The notes beneath the pieces are model-generated. The model ran no database searches. It was not told the origin of the DNA and was given only the letters and a program-made list of their open reading frames with translations. Of a DNA stretch of 53,849 nt, positions 14,850-25,384 are shown in pieces (within the stretch, counting starts at the first letter, position 1; each line of letters begins with the position of its first letter). The translations under genes were made by a program, and so were the position numbers. The DNA comes from Prorocentrum cordatum (taxonomy: Eukaryota): the NCBI GenBank assembly GCA_963575745.1, contig CAUYUJ010000285.1, forward strand, positions 62,001 through 115,849. Reading direction: 5' to 3'.

Positions 14850-16250
14850 CGTCAGAGGCTCTTGGAGGCATCTCGGAGTGCCTCTAGGAGGCCTATTGGC
14901 GGCCTATTGGAGGTCGTTTGGGCCGGTTGGGTGCCTTCTAGGGCCCTCTTGGACCGTCTTGGGGGGCTTGGGCTGGCTTGCCTGGGAGGCTCTTGGGCTT
15001 CTGTGGGGCCCTCCTTGGCTCGTCTTGGGGCTCTTCTAGGCCGTCTTGAGGCGCTCCAGGACCGTTTTGGAGCCTCTGGGGCAGGTTTGGGGGCGACCTC
15101 GGAGGCCCCCTGGGCCGTGTGTGGCCGGTTTCGATCCCAAAAGGCGGGGACCCCAAAATCCTCAAAAAGCCTTAGGGGAATCAATGGTTTTTGCCTCCGG
15201 AGTTCCTCTTGGAAGTGCTCGTGAAGGCCTCTTGGGCCGTCTGGGAGGCTCCTTGGACCGTCTTGGGGCCATCTTCGCCCCTTTCGGAGCGCTCTTGGGC
15301 TGTCTTGGGGCCTCTTGGGCGTCTCTTGGGTGGAGGTACCTTAAGCCGTCTTGGGGGCCTCGTTTGGATCTCTTGGACCGTCACAGAGTGGGCGTGTTAG
15401 AATATGCTCGTCTGTTGTCCGGGAGGTTGTGGAGAATCTTAACGACGCGCGCCTGCCTGAAAAACGCTCCTTCTGAAATTGCTTTCTGGCGGTCTTTTTG
15501 GCCTCCTGAGGGCCATTATGGCCTCTAAGACGGCTTCTGAGACAACCAAGACGACAACAAAACCGCTCGGGATGGCCCAAGGCAGTTGAAGAGCCTGTCA
15601 AGAGAGACTCAAGACGGCTCAAGATAGCCCACGAGGGCCTCAAGACGGCCAAAGAGGACCCAAGACGGCCAAAGAGGACCCAAGACGGCCCGAGAGAGCT
15701 CCTAGAGGCCTTCCTGGAGAACCTGAGGGTGCCAACACCATCTCATGTTCCGTAAGTTTTGGAGGTTCTCGCCTGTTCGGGTTTCCGACCACCCAAGACG
15801 GCCCAAGAGGCTTCCAAGAGGCCTCCTGGATAGCTCCAAGACAGCCCGAGCAGCCCCCAAGAGGGCCCCAAGACGGCCCTGAAACGCTCCAAGAGAGCCT
15901 CAAGGCGGTCCAGAGAGGCCTCTTGGGCTGTCTTGGGCGGTCGGACACTTAAACATGCCAGAACCTCACAATCCTTCAAACACCTACGGACCATCAATGG
16001 TTTTGGCCTCCTCGGGCTCTCCTGGAGGGCCTCTTGGAGAGCTCTTGGGCCGTCTTGGGGGCCTCCTGTCTTGAGGCCTTCTTGGGAGCCTCATGGCCTT
16101 CAGGACGGCTCCAGAGGCTCCCCAAACAGTCAGACGGGCCAAGAGTGCCCCAAGTAGGCCCACAGGCCCACGAGGCCTCCCAGAGCCCCACAAGAAGCTC
16201 TTGGGACGCACCCATGCGGCCCCCAGGAAGCCCCAATAAGGCCCAAGACG
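14850..16250. repeat. ccaagacgg/ctcttgg satellite blocks in alternating orientation
   Basis: Strand switches near 15520, 15920 and 16100. Confidence 0.75.
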
Positions 16251-17284
16251 CCTTCTCCTGCTCATCCCTGTCCTCCTCCTCCTCCTCCTCCTTCCTTTCC
16301 TCCTCCTCCTCCTCCTCCTCCTTCCTTTCCTCTTCATCCTCCTCCTCCTCCTCCTCCTCCTCCTCCTCCTCCTCCTCCTCCTCCCTACTGCGCGCACGAA
16401 GATGAGGCAGGGATCATGGCCCGCCCCAAGGCATGCTACTCGTCGGATGTACGCTGCCCCTACACTCAGTCTCCTTCCTGCTGCGCTGTTGCAGGCATGG
16501 TGGCGAGGTTTGCCGCAGGCAGCTGGATACATGCCAGATGCGACACGCTCTATTTTCCGATCCATGTGTTCGTGGAAATCAGAAGTATGGGGCAACGACG
16601 GCGGCTGAGACGGCATCAGGGACTTCATAACTCAACGCGCTGGAGGATGTAGAGGAGGATCGACGAGAAGGGGGGCCGAGGAGAGATCGACGCGACATCG
16701 AGGGAGGGAGGGACGGAAGGAAGGAGAGGCGAATGGGCGGGGAGGCTGCGGGAGGGGGCGGGTGCAGGGAGCGGTTTAGGGGGCGGGTACGTGCAGCGTC
16801 GTGCGCCCCGCGAAGCGCGGCGCTCGAAGGTAGCGCCGCGTCATGGTGCGCGCACGGAGAGCAGAGAGGGTGACCTGGGCCACCCAGCTTCCCGCGAAGC
16901 GCGGCGCGCGAAGGTAGCGCCGCGTCGTGCGCGACGCGCGGCGCGGGGCTGTCTTCGCGCCCTCGCGCCGCCGCCGCGGAGGGGGACGCCTTGCTCTGCG
17001 CCCCGGCGCCGCCGCCGCGGAGAGGGGCACCTGTGAGGCCCAGGTCGCGACGCGCGAGGCGCGGTCAGCTTCGCGCCCCTGGGGGTGGCCCAAGTGATCG
17101 ACGAGAACGAGACCCTGGCTCCTTGCCTCTCTCCCTGGCGCGCGCCTGGAAGACGCAGGCGGCCTTGTCCGTGAAGCCTGTGCGCGCTGCGCGGCCTCAC
17201 CCCTGCCTCCACCCTTCGCTGCCTCGCCCCCCCTCCCTCCCTCCCTCTGCCCCCTCTCCTCCTCTCCTTCTCTGTCTCTGTCTA

Positions 17285-18902
17285 TATGCATACACACGTA
17301 CACACATACATACATACATGCATACATGCATGCATGCATACATACATACATACAATCATACAGTCATACATACATACAAACATACATACATACATACATA
17401 CACACATACATGCATGCATGCGTGCATACATTATATACATACATACATACATACATACATACATACATACATACATACATACATACATACGTACACACAT
17501 ACATGCATGCATGCATGCATGCATGCATACATACACACATACACACACATACACACACATACATACATACATACATACATACGTACATACATGCATACAT
17601 GCATACATGCATACATACATACACACATACACACATACATACATACATACATACATACATACATACATACATACATACATACATACACAAAGACGTACAT
17701 ACATACATGCATGCACACATGCAGACAAGCAATCATACAAACATACATGCATGTATACCTACATACCTACCTACATACATACACACCGATACACATACAT
17801 CCAACCATGCATGCATGCATGCATACATGCTTACGTGCATACACACAAACGTACATGCATGTATGCATCCGTGCATACACACATACACACGCGCACACAC
17901 ACATATATGCATACACACACGCACATGCATACTCACAGCCATACGTACACACATACACGTATACACGCATACATACACACATCCATACACACATCCATTC
18001 AGCAATCCATGCATGCAAGCATACATACAAATATACATGCATATATGTATACACATACAAACAACCGTGCATGCACACCTACACACATACATGCCTACAC
18101 ACATACATAAACACACATCTACATGCATGCACACCTACACACCGACAACCATTCGTACATACGTACATATATACACATACACACAATCATACATACATAC
18201 ACATGGACACATACATACACATACACACATACACATACGTACACGCATGCATTCCTTACGCTAATACATACATGCGTACACATACGTAACTACCGACATA
18301 CCTACATACATACATCCATCCAGATATATGTATATGCGCACGCACATACACATACATACATACACACCCATACATACACACATTCATACATACATACCTA
18401 AATCCATACATACATACATACATACATGCATACACACATACATACACGCACACATACATACATACATACATACATACATACATACATACACACATGCATA
18501 CCTACATACATACATGCATACACATACATGCATACACATACATACACACATATGTACACGTACACATACACACATATATGCCCACACATACGTACGCACA
18601 TATCTACATACACACATACATGCATACATAAAATCATACATGCATACATGTATATACACCTACGTACAGCCATGCATACACACACATACATACACACTTG
18701 CACACATACATACATACATACATACATACATACATACATACATACACACATACATACATACATACATACATGTATACACATACCTACACACATACATACA
18801 TCCATACATGCACACATACGTACATACGTACATACACACATGCATCCATCCATGCATCCATCCAGCCATGCATGCATGCGTGCACGGGCACAAGCATACA
18901 TA
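17285..18902. repeat. Degenerate (CATA)n microsatellite, continuing at 25174-25385 after E1
   Basis: Direct. Confidence 0.95.
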
Positions 18903-18978
18903 TAAGCAGTGCCAGCACGTGTTTCTTCTGAAGTTTGATAGAACGGTGCGATCCCTTCTTGGTTCTGTAGCTGTGTGG
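18903..18978 (+). repeat. E1 terminal repeat A1
   Basis: taagcagtgccagcacg...gtagctgtgtgg recurs at 24860-24935. Confidence 0.92.
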
Positions 18979-18985
18979 GCTCAGC
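18964..18985 (+). promoter_or_regulatory. SL-like motif 9 nt upstream of E1 ORF0
   Basis: tctgtagctgtgtgggctcagc, 15/22. Confidence 0.5.
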
Positions 18986-18994
18986 AGCAACTTT

Positions 18995-19438
18995 ATGTCT
19001 TCTTGGTGGCCTGCTCTCACCACAGCAGGCTCCTGTCAGAGAGAGGCCCTCGAGGCCTCATTCTATTGCTTTGGCTGGACCGCGAGCCTGAACGGAGCAT
19101 ACACCTCAGAGGGTATCTTAGTGGCTGTCATCCTCGCGCTCGGTGCGGCGTTGCTCTTCATATCAGGGTGCTGCTGCGGAGTGGTGTCCTCCGCTTTCTT
19201 CCAGATCATCTGGCTTCAGCTGCCTGGATTCTTCGAGAAGAGGACGGCCCGTCGTGCTGCTCACGAGGCGGCGCCAGCGCTGTCATCGGCCCCAGCTCAA
19301 CCTGTGCGTGTGCCGCATCAGGTTCTGAAGCCAGTCAAGCACTATGGAGCGGGGCACGAGAGTGTTCGTGAAGTACGTGGGTCATCCTATATGGCACGAA
19401 AGACTTTTACTGGAGAAGGTGGGAGATTCGGCGACTGA
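18995..19438 (+). CDS. E1 ORF0, 147-aa putative membrane protein of unknown function
   Basis: ATG 9 nt after an SL-like motif; hydrophobic stretch GILVAVILALGAALLFISGCCCGVVSSAFFQIIWL; overlaps the gag-like ORF by 95 nt. Confidence 0.45.
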   Translation: MSSWWPALTTAGSCQREALEASFYCFGWTASLNGAYTSEGILVAVILALGAALLFISGCCCGVVSSAFFQIIWLQLPGFFEKRTARRAAHEAAPALSSAPAQPVRVPHQVLKPVKHYGAGHESVREVRGSSYMARKTFTGEGGRFGD

Positions 19439-20456
19439 CTGGATCATCGCCACCCCCGACAGCGATGTGTATATGGAGGACTTCAGCCGACACAACGAGG
19501 ACATCGAGGGCTTCCGTCTCTCCGACCGTCGTGGTGGAGGTCCCCACGGCATTGACCCGCAGGATGTCTACCGGTTCCGCCAGGAGCCAGAGGGAGCCCA
19601 CCTGCAGGGCCTTCGAGATGAGGCCAGGCTGTTGGCGCGCTCCGAGGCTGCTCGCGGAGGAGGTGCTCCCGCAGGCAATGCCGACCTATGGTATGCTATC
19701 GAGGAGGCGCCAGGCATTCAGACGGGCAGCGTCGTCCGCCTCACTGAGGAGGCAGTCATCAGCGGCGACAGGGCGATCCACTCTTATGTCCATGACGGCG
19801 TGGAGAAGAGGGTTTTCTGCGTCAGATGCCCAGCTGCTGATCTGGCCGATGTAAAGAAGAAGTTCCGCATCGAGACGGACGACGACGGCGACGCGCGGAC
19901 CCTGCCCATCAAGAGTGTGGCAGGCCAGCGCAAGCGGGACTTCAGCGACGCGGTCGAGAAGATGGAGCTCGTGAGTTTCTCGGACTGGGAGACGCACATC
20001 CCTGGCCCGAGGACGACTCGCTGGTGCCTGGACTTCCTACGACGGAGCAATGGGCCGCTGGCACACCACGAGTGGTGGAAGTCCACCGCCAAGCTGAACA
20101 GCGACGACTACGGTGTCTCGTTCCACGAGGCTGTGCTGCGTGCCGTGCAGACAAGCGCGGAGTACGATCAGCTGGACCTGGTCAACTTGGCATCGATGGA
20201 GCACTTGCTGCGCTCCGCCCAGCTGGTCGAGTATTATCATCGTGAACGTACCCGACAGGAGGGTGCGGCCAGTTCCAAGACGGGAGTGGACATGGAGGAG
20301 CAGACGGTCATGCTAGGAGTCCACCAGAGCCAGGGCAACCTGATGATCGCCCCCGATCTGATCACGTACACGTCGAAGGAGCTGGAGCGGCAGAGTGCTA
20401 TTGACAAGCAATCCCGCAAGGCGCGTGAGGAGCGCGCCTTGCGGCGGCGAGGATGA
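19344..20456 (+). CDS. gag: E1 gag-like protein (370 aa)
   Basis: Long, normal-composition ORF immediately upstream of RT inside the terminal repeats; assigned by position, no CCHC knuckle seen. Confidence 0.7.
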   Translation: MERGTRVFVKYVGHPIWHERLLLEKVGDSATDWIIATPDSDVYMEDFSRHNEDIEGFRLSDRRGGGPHGIDPQDVYRFRQEPEGAHLQGLRDEARLLARSEAARGGGAPAGNADLWYAIEEAPGIQTGSVVRLTEEAVISGDRAIHSYVHDGVEKRVFCVRCPAADLADVKKKFRIETDDDGDARTLPIKSVAGQRKRDFSDAVEKMELVSFSDWETHIPGPRTTRWCLDFLRRSNGPLAHHEWWKSTAKLNSDDYGVSFHEAVLRAVQTSAEYDQLDLVNLASMEHLLRSAQLVEYYHRERTRQEGAASSKTGVDMEEQTVMLGVHQSQGNLMIAPDLITYTSKELERQSAIDKQSRKAREERALRRRG

Positions 20457-20721
20457 TGATGAGCGTTGGCCAGGCTTTCCCTCGCGCCTGGCCGGCTTCA
20501 CGGGAGGGGGGCCGCGTCATTTCAGCCAGTGACGCGGCAGTGAAGGAGGCTGACTCTGCTCTTGGGCCTTCGCAGCTTCGAGGGTGCCGAGCTGTCCAGC
20601 GACGCTTCAGGAGAAGGGAGCACGTCGGTGAGAAGGTTGCTGCCCTGGGTCGTGTCCTGAGCCGGCTGAGGGCCACGCCTCGCTTCTTTCGCCTGTTGAG
20701 CATACTTTTTTAACCTCTCGG

Positions 20722-23700
20722 GTGCGGCGCATGGGCCGTCCACCAGAGGGGCTTGACCCTCGGGGAGCCTTCACTGAGCTCCAGGGGGTCGAAGACTACG
20801 CTGGGATTCCGTGCCACCTGGCTCCTCTAGATGTGGACAAGCTGTCCCTCCCACAGCCTGGTTTCCAGCCGCGGCCCCTGGGCGACCTTTTGGGGGTCCG
20901 CGGCGCTGAGTTCATCAAGAGGATTTCATGTGATATAGTTTTGCCTAAGGAGCTGCAGCAAAGAAATCGTGAGGAAGCTGGTCTAGTTAGGCCGTACAGT
21001 GACCCACGTCTGCGTTCTAAAAGGGTGTACAAGTCTCTCGTGGCTCGCCTTCAGGCCGCGGGGCTCGTCGAGTTCAGTTTAACGGATGGAGTCCGAACGG
21101 GGATCTTTGCGGTTTGGAAGTCGGACGGGGTGAAGCAACGCCTCATCCTGGACGCTCGGATTTCCAATTGTAGTTTTGAGGTCCCCGAGTCGCCCGACCT
21201 CCCCACGGCTAACGCTTTCTCGAGGTTGAGGCTCCAGGGGGAAAGTCTGTTGCACACGTTTTCCTCGGATTTGAAGGATGCTTTTTATGCTATGGAACTC
21301 CCCGACCCCCTTAGGAGGTATTTCACCATGGAGCCCCTCAGTGCCAAGGACTTGCAGATCTCGGAGGTGTCTGGGGTCCCAGTGGATCCTACTACTCGTG
21401 TTTACCCGCGGTTCAGGGCTGTACCTATGGGGTGGTCGCACGCTGTCAATGTCTGTCAGTGCGTCGTCACTTCGTTGATCCAGGAGGCGATCCCAGATAA
21501 GCACCACTTCCTGATCACGGATCGGGAGGTCATTCCGAAGTTGGAGGAGGGGGCGGTTATACCTTACGTGGACAACATCATTACCATAAGTACCCAGGAG
21601 GAAAAGGGGAGGTCCATCCAAACAAAAATCAACAACATCATGGAGGAGAGGGGTCTCATCGTTCATGATAAGAGGTTTGATCCAGAGGTTCTCGAGGCCT
21701 TGGGTTGGGAATTCCGTCGAGATGATAGGTGTATTGTGCCGAAGGGGCGCCGCGTATGGCGTCCATGGCTTGCACTTTTTCACGCACTGGAGCGCCGCCA
21801 GGGGACTGGACGTCAGCTTTCTCGGCTCGTCGGACACTTTGTCTCCATGGCGCTGGTGAAAAGAGAAACCCTTTGCTGCCTCAACGCGGTCTACGCTTTC
21901 GTGGCTAAGCACCCCGAGGACTCTGCTCCGTTCTGGCCGTCGGTCGTTAGGGAGCTCCGCTGGATACAGTCTTTGTTGCCCCTCCTCGTCCATGATCTGG
22001 CCAAGCCTTTCAGTCCCAGGGTCCTGGCATGTGACGCCTCGATGTGGGGAAAACGAGTCGCTCACAAGTCCCTCTCCGTGGGGACGATTCGGGACCTCTC
22101 GCAGTACTCGGAGCGCTGGCGTTATCACGGGACCTCGGGATCTGCCAGGACGGGGGCGCTGGAGGAGGCTCTCGGCGGGGCGCTGCCTTCAGGTGAGTTC
22201 TTGGAGCTGAGCTTCGCCGACGAGGGTCTCGTGCCCAACCTACCGATCTCTGGGGAAGGCGAAAGTCGTGGGCTCTTGGGAGGCTCTTGGAGGATCCTAC
22301 ATCGTAAGAAATGGGACCGCCGAGAACACATCACCGCCCTGGAGTGCCGCACATTGGTTTGGTGTATTCGGCATCTGACAAAATCCGTCTCGAACAGGTC
22401 TCGCAGATTCTTGATCATCAGTGACAGCATGGTCTCTATTTTAGCTTTGCTCAAGGGCCGCACCTCGGCTCCAGGCCTCGTGCGACCTGTCCGGCAATTT
22501 TGTGCAGTGGCCCTCAGAGCTGATGTTACGGCGGATCTCAGGTGGGTCGTCTCCGAGCTCAACCCAGGCGATCCTCCCTCGAGGAACAGGTCGGAGCTCG
22601 AGCCCTGGTCCAACACCCTCGACGCCCTCGCCGCCGCGTGGCAGCGCTCGCGAGATGGCAAGGACCCACATGCTCGAGAGCCCGATCCTGGTGCGAGACC
22701 CTCCCACAGCCGCCGTGCGGCGCCGCCGTCCAGCGCGGAAGCGCCCGGCCGCTGCACAGCCCAGCAGGACGGCCATCGAGACCAGCAAGTCGCACCCCGA
22801 CGGAGGAGCGCAAGAAGGCCGGCGCTCCCTGCACGCTCTCGAGAGGAGGAGTCTCCAGGCCGTGGGCCGGTCCTTCCTCGAGCAGGGGAGTGTCTCTCGG
22901 ACAGTGCAGCAGCAGTACAAGGCAGCGCTCGACCGCTTCGTGAAGGATCAGAGTATCAGGGACCTCTACGCGCTGGCCCGCACGCCCAAGGCGCTGGACC
23001 AGAAGCTGAAGTGCCACCTCGACGACCTCTACTTCGAGGGGGAGCTGAGTGGCGTAGCGAACACTCTAGTGGCGGCTATCCGGTGGAAGTTCCCACAGTT
23101 TGGTCGCCAGGGGGGCCAGTCCTTGCCCGAGACTGCCCGAGCGCTGCTGGGCTTCAGCAAGCTCTCTCCGGCGGCCTCTCGGCTGCCGATCCCAGCGACG
23201 GTGGTCTTCGGCCTGGTGCTGTGCTCGCGGGGCTTCACCCTCGCCGCCTTCGGGAGCCTCCTGGCCTTCCACCTCTACCTCAGGCCGTCGGAGTTGATGC
23301 GCGTGAAGTGGAGGCATTGGTCCCCGCCGTGCGGGGCAGGCCGAGGAGGGACCGACGGGTGGTGTCTGACGTTGCACCCCCGAGAGGACGGCGTCCAGTC
23401 CAAGGCAGAGGAGTTCGACGAGAACATATCGATCGACGCAGACGGCCATCTCAGTTTCCTCAATCAGGTGATGTCGGTAATGCATGCCAAGGCGAAGCGG
23501 GAGGCCCGCCTCGACGAGCTGGTGGTGGGCGACCTCGGCGGCCGCTCGTTCCTCATGGTCTTCAAGATGGCGGGCGAGAGGCTTGGTCTTCCCAAGCCGC
23601 CAGTGGCGCACCAGCTCCGCCACGCAGGTCCGAGCTACGACCTGGCCCAGCGGATCCGCCGCCTGGCCGAGGTCAAGGCTCGTGGCCGCTGGTCGGCGGA

Positions 23701-24564
23701 CTCTTCCGTCAGGCGCTACGGCAAGCAGAACCGCATCAACGAGCAGATCGCCGCGCTGCCTGTCGCGGTGCGGGCCTTCTGCGACGACGCCTGGAAGAAA
23801 ATCGGAGATGTCCTCTTGAAGCGTTCGAATCCCTTAGAGCTGCCGTGAGTGCTGGACAACGTCGTCTACCTCGAGTGGCAGTGGAGTTCTTCTCAGGCTC
23901 AGGCAAGTGGTCTTCAGCAATGCGCAAGAGAGGATACGTGACGATTGAAGTTGATGTGATTCATGGGCCCCAAAGTGACGCCACGAATCCACACCTCGTC
24001 AAGTTGTTTTTCCAACTCCTCAACTCAGGGGTGATCTGGGCCGTGCACCTCGGTACGCCTTGTTGTACTTTTTCTCGTGCCCGGGGCCGTGGTGACGGCC
24101 CAGGTGCTCTGCGCAGCTCAGACCGCCCCCGAGGGCTTGACGGCCTTCTATCGGCAGCCGACAGTGACAAAGTGAAGGTTGGCAACCAGCTTGCCGACTT
24201 CTCAGCTCGTGCTTTTGAGCGTTGTCGCCTCCGACGTGTCCCATGCTCGTTGGAGAATCCGCACACTTCTATTTTGTGGTACCTTCCGCAATTTGTGAAG
24301 CTGATCGCACGTGAGGATGTGCGCTCAGAGTACACAGACTTTTGCATGGACGGTAAGCCCTGGAGGAAGAGAACACGTTTGATGACCACGCATATTGATT
24401 TATCCCGTGTGGTCCGCCAGTGCACATCAGTTAATGGGATATGCTGCCGCACTCACCGAGCCCATCAAACCCTGGAAGGCAAGAATGAGAAGGGGATTTT
24501 TTGGGACCAAAATCGCGGAGCCCTATCCCTGGAGGTTGTGCTCCCGAATGTCAGCAGCTGTTGA
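20722..24564 (+). CDS. pol: E1 pol: reverse transcriptase + RNase H; frame stays open across the YR gene into a C5-MTase domain. The N-terminus probably starts at ATG 20453 with a frameshift before 20713.
   Basis: RT motifs GIFAVWK..RLILDAR, SDLKDAFY, VPMGWS, YVDN. DIRS-type RH motifs CDAS, HITALE, SDSMV, RWVVSELNPGDPPSR. Confidence 0.88.
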   Translation: MRRMGRPPEGLDPRGAFTELQGVEDYAGIPCHLAPLDVDKLSLPQPGFQPRPLGDLLGVRGAEFIKRISCDIVLPKELQQRNREEAGLVRPYSDPRLRSKRVYKSLVARLQAAGLVEFSLTDGVRTGIFAVWKSDGVKQRLILDARISNCSFEVPESPDLPTANAFSRLRLQGESLLHTFSSDLKDAFYAMELPDPLRRYFTMEPLSAKDLQISEVSGVPVDPTTRVYPRFRAVPMGWSHAVNVCQCVVTSLIQEAIPDKHHFLITDREVIPKLEEGAVIPYVDNIITISTQEEKGRSIQTKINNIMEERGLIVHDKRFDPEVLEALGWEFRRDDRCIVPKGRRVWRPWLALFHALERRQGTGRQLSRLVGHFVSMALVKRETLCCLNAVYAFVAKHPEDSAPFWPSVVRELRWIQSLLPLLVHDLAKPFSPRVLACDASMWGKRVAHKSLSVGTIRDLSQYSERWRYHGTSGSARTGALEEALGGALPSGEFLELSFADEGLVPNLPISGEGESRGLLGGSWRILHRKKWDRREHITALECRTLVWCIRHLTKSVSNRSRRFLIISDSMVSILALLKGRTSAPGLVRPVRQFCAVALRADVTADLRWVVSELNPGDPPSRNRSELEPWSNTLDALAAAWQRSRDGKDPHAREPDPGARPSHSRRAAPPSSAEAPGRCTAQQDGHRDQQVAPRRRSARRPALPARSREEESPGRGPVLPRAGECLSDSAAAVQGSARPLREGSEYQGPLRAGPHAQGAGPEAEVPPRRPLLRGGAEWRSEHSSGGYPVEVPTVWSPGGPVLARDCPSAAGLQQALSGGLSAADPSDGGLRPGAVLAGLHPRRLREPPGLPPLPQAVGVDAREVEALVPAVRGRPRRDRRVVSDVAPPRGRRPVQGRGVRREHIDRRRRPSQFPQSGDVGNACQGEAGGPPRRAGGGRPRRPLVPHGLQDGGREAWSSQAASGAPAPPRRSELRPGPADPPPGRGQGSWPLVGGLFRQALRQAEPHQRADRRAACRGAGLLRRRLEENRRCPLEAFESLRAAVSAGQRRLPRVAVEFFSGSGKWSSAMRKRGYVTIEVDVIHGPQSDATNPHLVKLFFQLLNSGVIWAVHLGTPCCTFSRARGRGDGPGALRSSDRPRGLDGLLSAADSDKVKVGNQLADFSARAFERCRLRRVPCSLENPHTSILWYLPQFVKLIAREDVRSEYTDFCMDGKPWRKRTRLMTTHIDLSRVVRQCTSVNGICCRTHRAHQTLEGKNEKGIFWDQNRGALSLEVVLPNVSSC
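22655..23848 (+). CDS. E1 tyrosine recombinase
   Basis: YLRPSE (catalytic R), K in QSKAEEFD, HQLRH (HxxR), RGRW and VRRY (catalytic Y); in-frame ATG at 22655 just after the RH domain. Confidence 0.9.
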   Translation: MARTHMLESPILVRDPPTAAVRRRRPARKRPAAAQPSRTAIETSKSHPDGGAQEGRRSLHALERRSLQAVGRSFLEQGSVSRTVQQQYKAALDRFVKDQSIRDLYALARTPKALDQKLKCHLDDLYFEGELSGVANTLVAAIRWKFPQFGRQGGQSLPETARALLGFSKLSPAASRLPIPATVVFGLVLCSRGFTLAAFGSLLAFHLYLRPSELMRVKWRHWSPPCGAGRGGTDGWCLTLHPREDGVQSKAEEFDENISIDADGHLSFLNQVMSVMHAKAKREARLDELVVGDLGGRSFLMVFKMAGERLGLPKPPVAHQLRHAGPSYDLAQRIRRLAEVKARGRWSADSSVRRYGKQNRINEQIAALPVAVRAFCDDAWKKIGDVLLKRSNPLELP

Positions 24565-24616
24565 TGCCAGCAATGCTTCGTTGTTTACCAAGAATATGTC
24601 TAAGTTGCTGGTATGA
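23845..24616 (+). CDS. E1 C5 cytosine DNA methyltransferase-like domain, with an apparent 1-nt frameshift near 24500
   Basis: Motif I EFFSGSG, motif IV GTPC, motif VI ENP, motif VIII-like FCMDGKPWRKRTRL. The C-terminus appears to continue as TKIAEPYPWRLC in the 24395-24616 frame. Confidence 0.8.
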
Positions 24617-24652
24617 CCCTCCCACCCTACCCAGAGTACCAGATTGCATTAT

Positions 24653-25173
24653 GCTCTTGAGTATTGCATACGGCTCGCCTGTCTGTTCGATTTCTTGCTG
24701 GGCGAGCGCCCAGAAATACGACCAGGTGCAAAACGTTCTGATTCGAGCGATCGTGGTTAAAACAGTACAGAGACAGGCATCCCTCTACGTCGTCTTCTGA
24801 GGCTGTCGCCACTCCGCGGTATTCAGGGGGTCGGGGGAGTTCCCAAACCTAGGAGAAGATAAGCAGTGCCAGCACGTGTTTCTTCTGAAGTTTGATAGAA
24901 CGGTGCGATCCCTTCTTTGTTCTGTAGCTGTGTGGCCCGCCCGCCACTCCCTTTATATAGCAGAGCGCTCTTGAGTATTGCATACGGCTCGCCTGTCTGT
25001 TCGATTTCTTGCTGGGCGAGCGTCCAGAAATACGACCAGGTGCAAAACGTTCTGATTCGAGCGATCGTGGTTAAAACAGTACAGAGACAGGCATCCCTCT
25101 ACGTCGTCTTCTGAGGCTGTCGCCACTCCGCGGTATTCAGGGGGTCGGGGGAGTTCCCAAACCTAGGAGAAGA
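24653..25173 (+). repeat. E1 3' end: B1 (24653-24859), A2 (24860-24935), spacer, B2 (24967-25173)
   Basis: Direct visual alignment; the B1|A2 boundary reproduces the predicted circle junction. Confidence 0.92.
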
Positions 25174-25384
25174 CATACATGTATACACATACATACATCC
25201 ATACACACCTACACATACGTGCACACATGCATACACACATAGATACATATATACACATACATACGCATACATGCATACACATACATACATACATGCACGT
25301 ACATACATACATATGCACATACATACATACAAACATACACATTCGTACACATATACATCAATGCGTACACACATACGTACGTAT

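Larger units (their letters stand above)
18903..25173 (+). mobile_element. E1: YR retrotransposon (DIRS order, split direct repeats A1...B1-A2-B2) carrying a C5 DNA methyltransferase
   Basis: A1 18903-18978 = A2 24860-24935 (76 bp, 1 mismatch). B1 24653-24859 = B2 24967-25173 (207 bp, 1 mismatch). Gag-like, RT/RH, YR and MTase ORFs lie between them. Flanked on both sides by (CATA)n with no obvious TSD. Confidence 0.93.
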
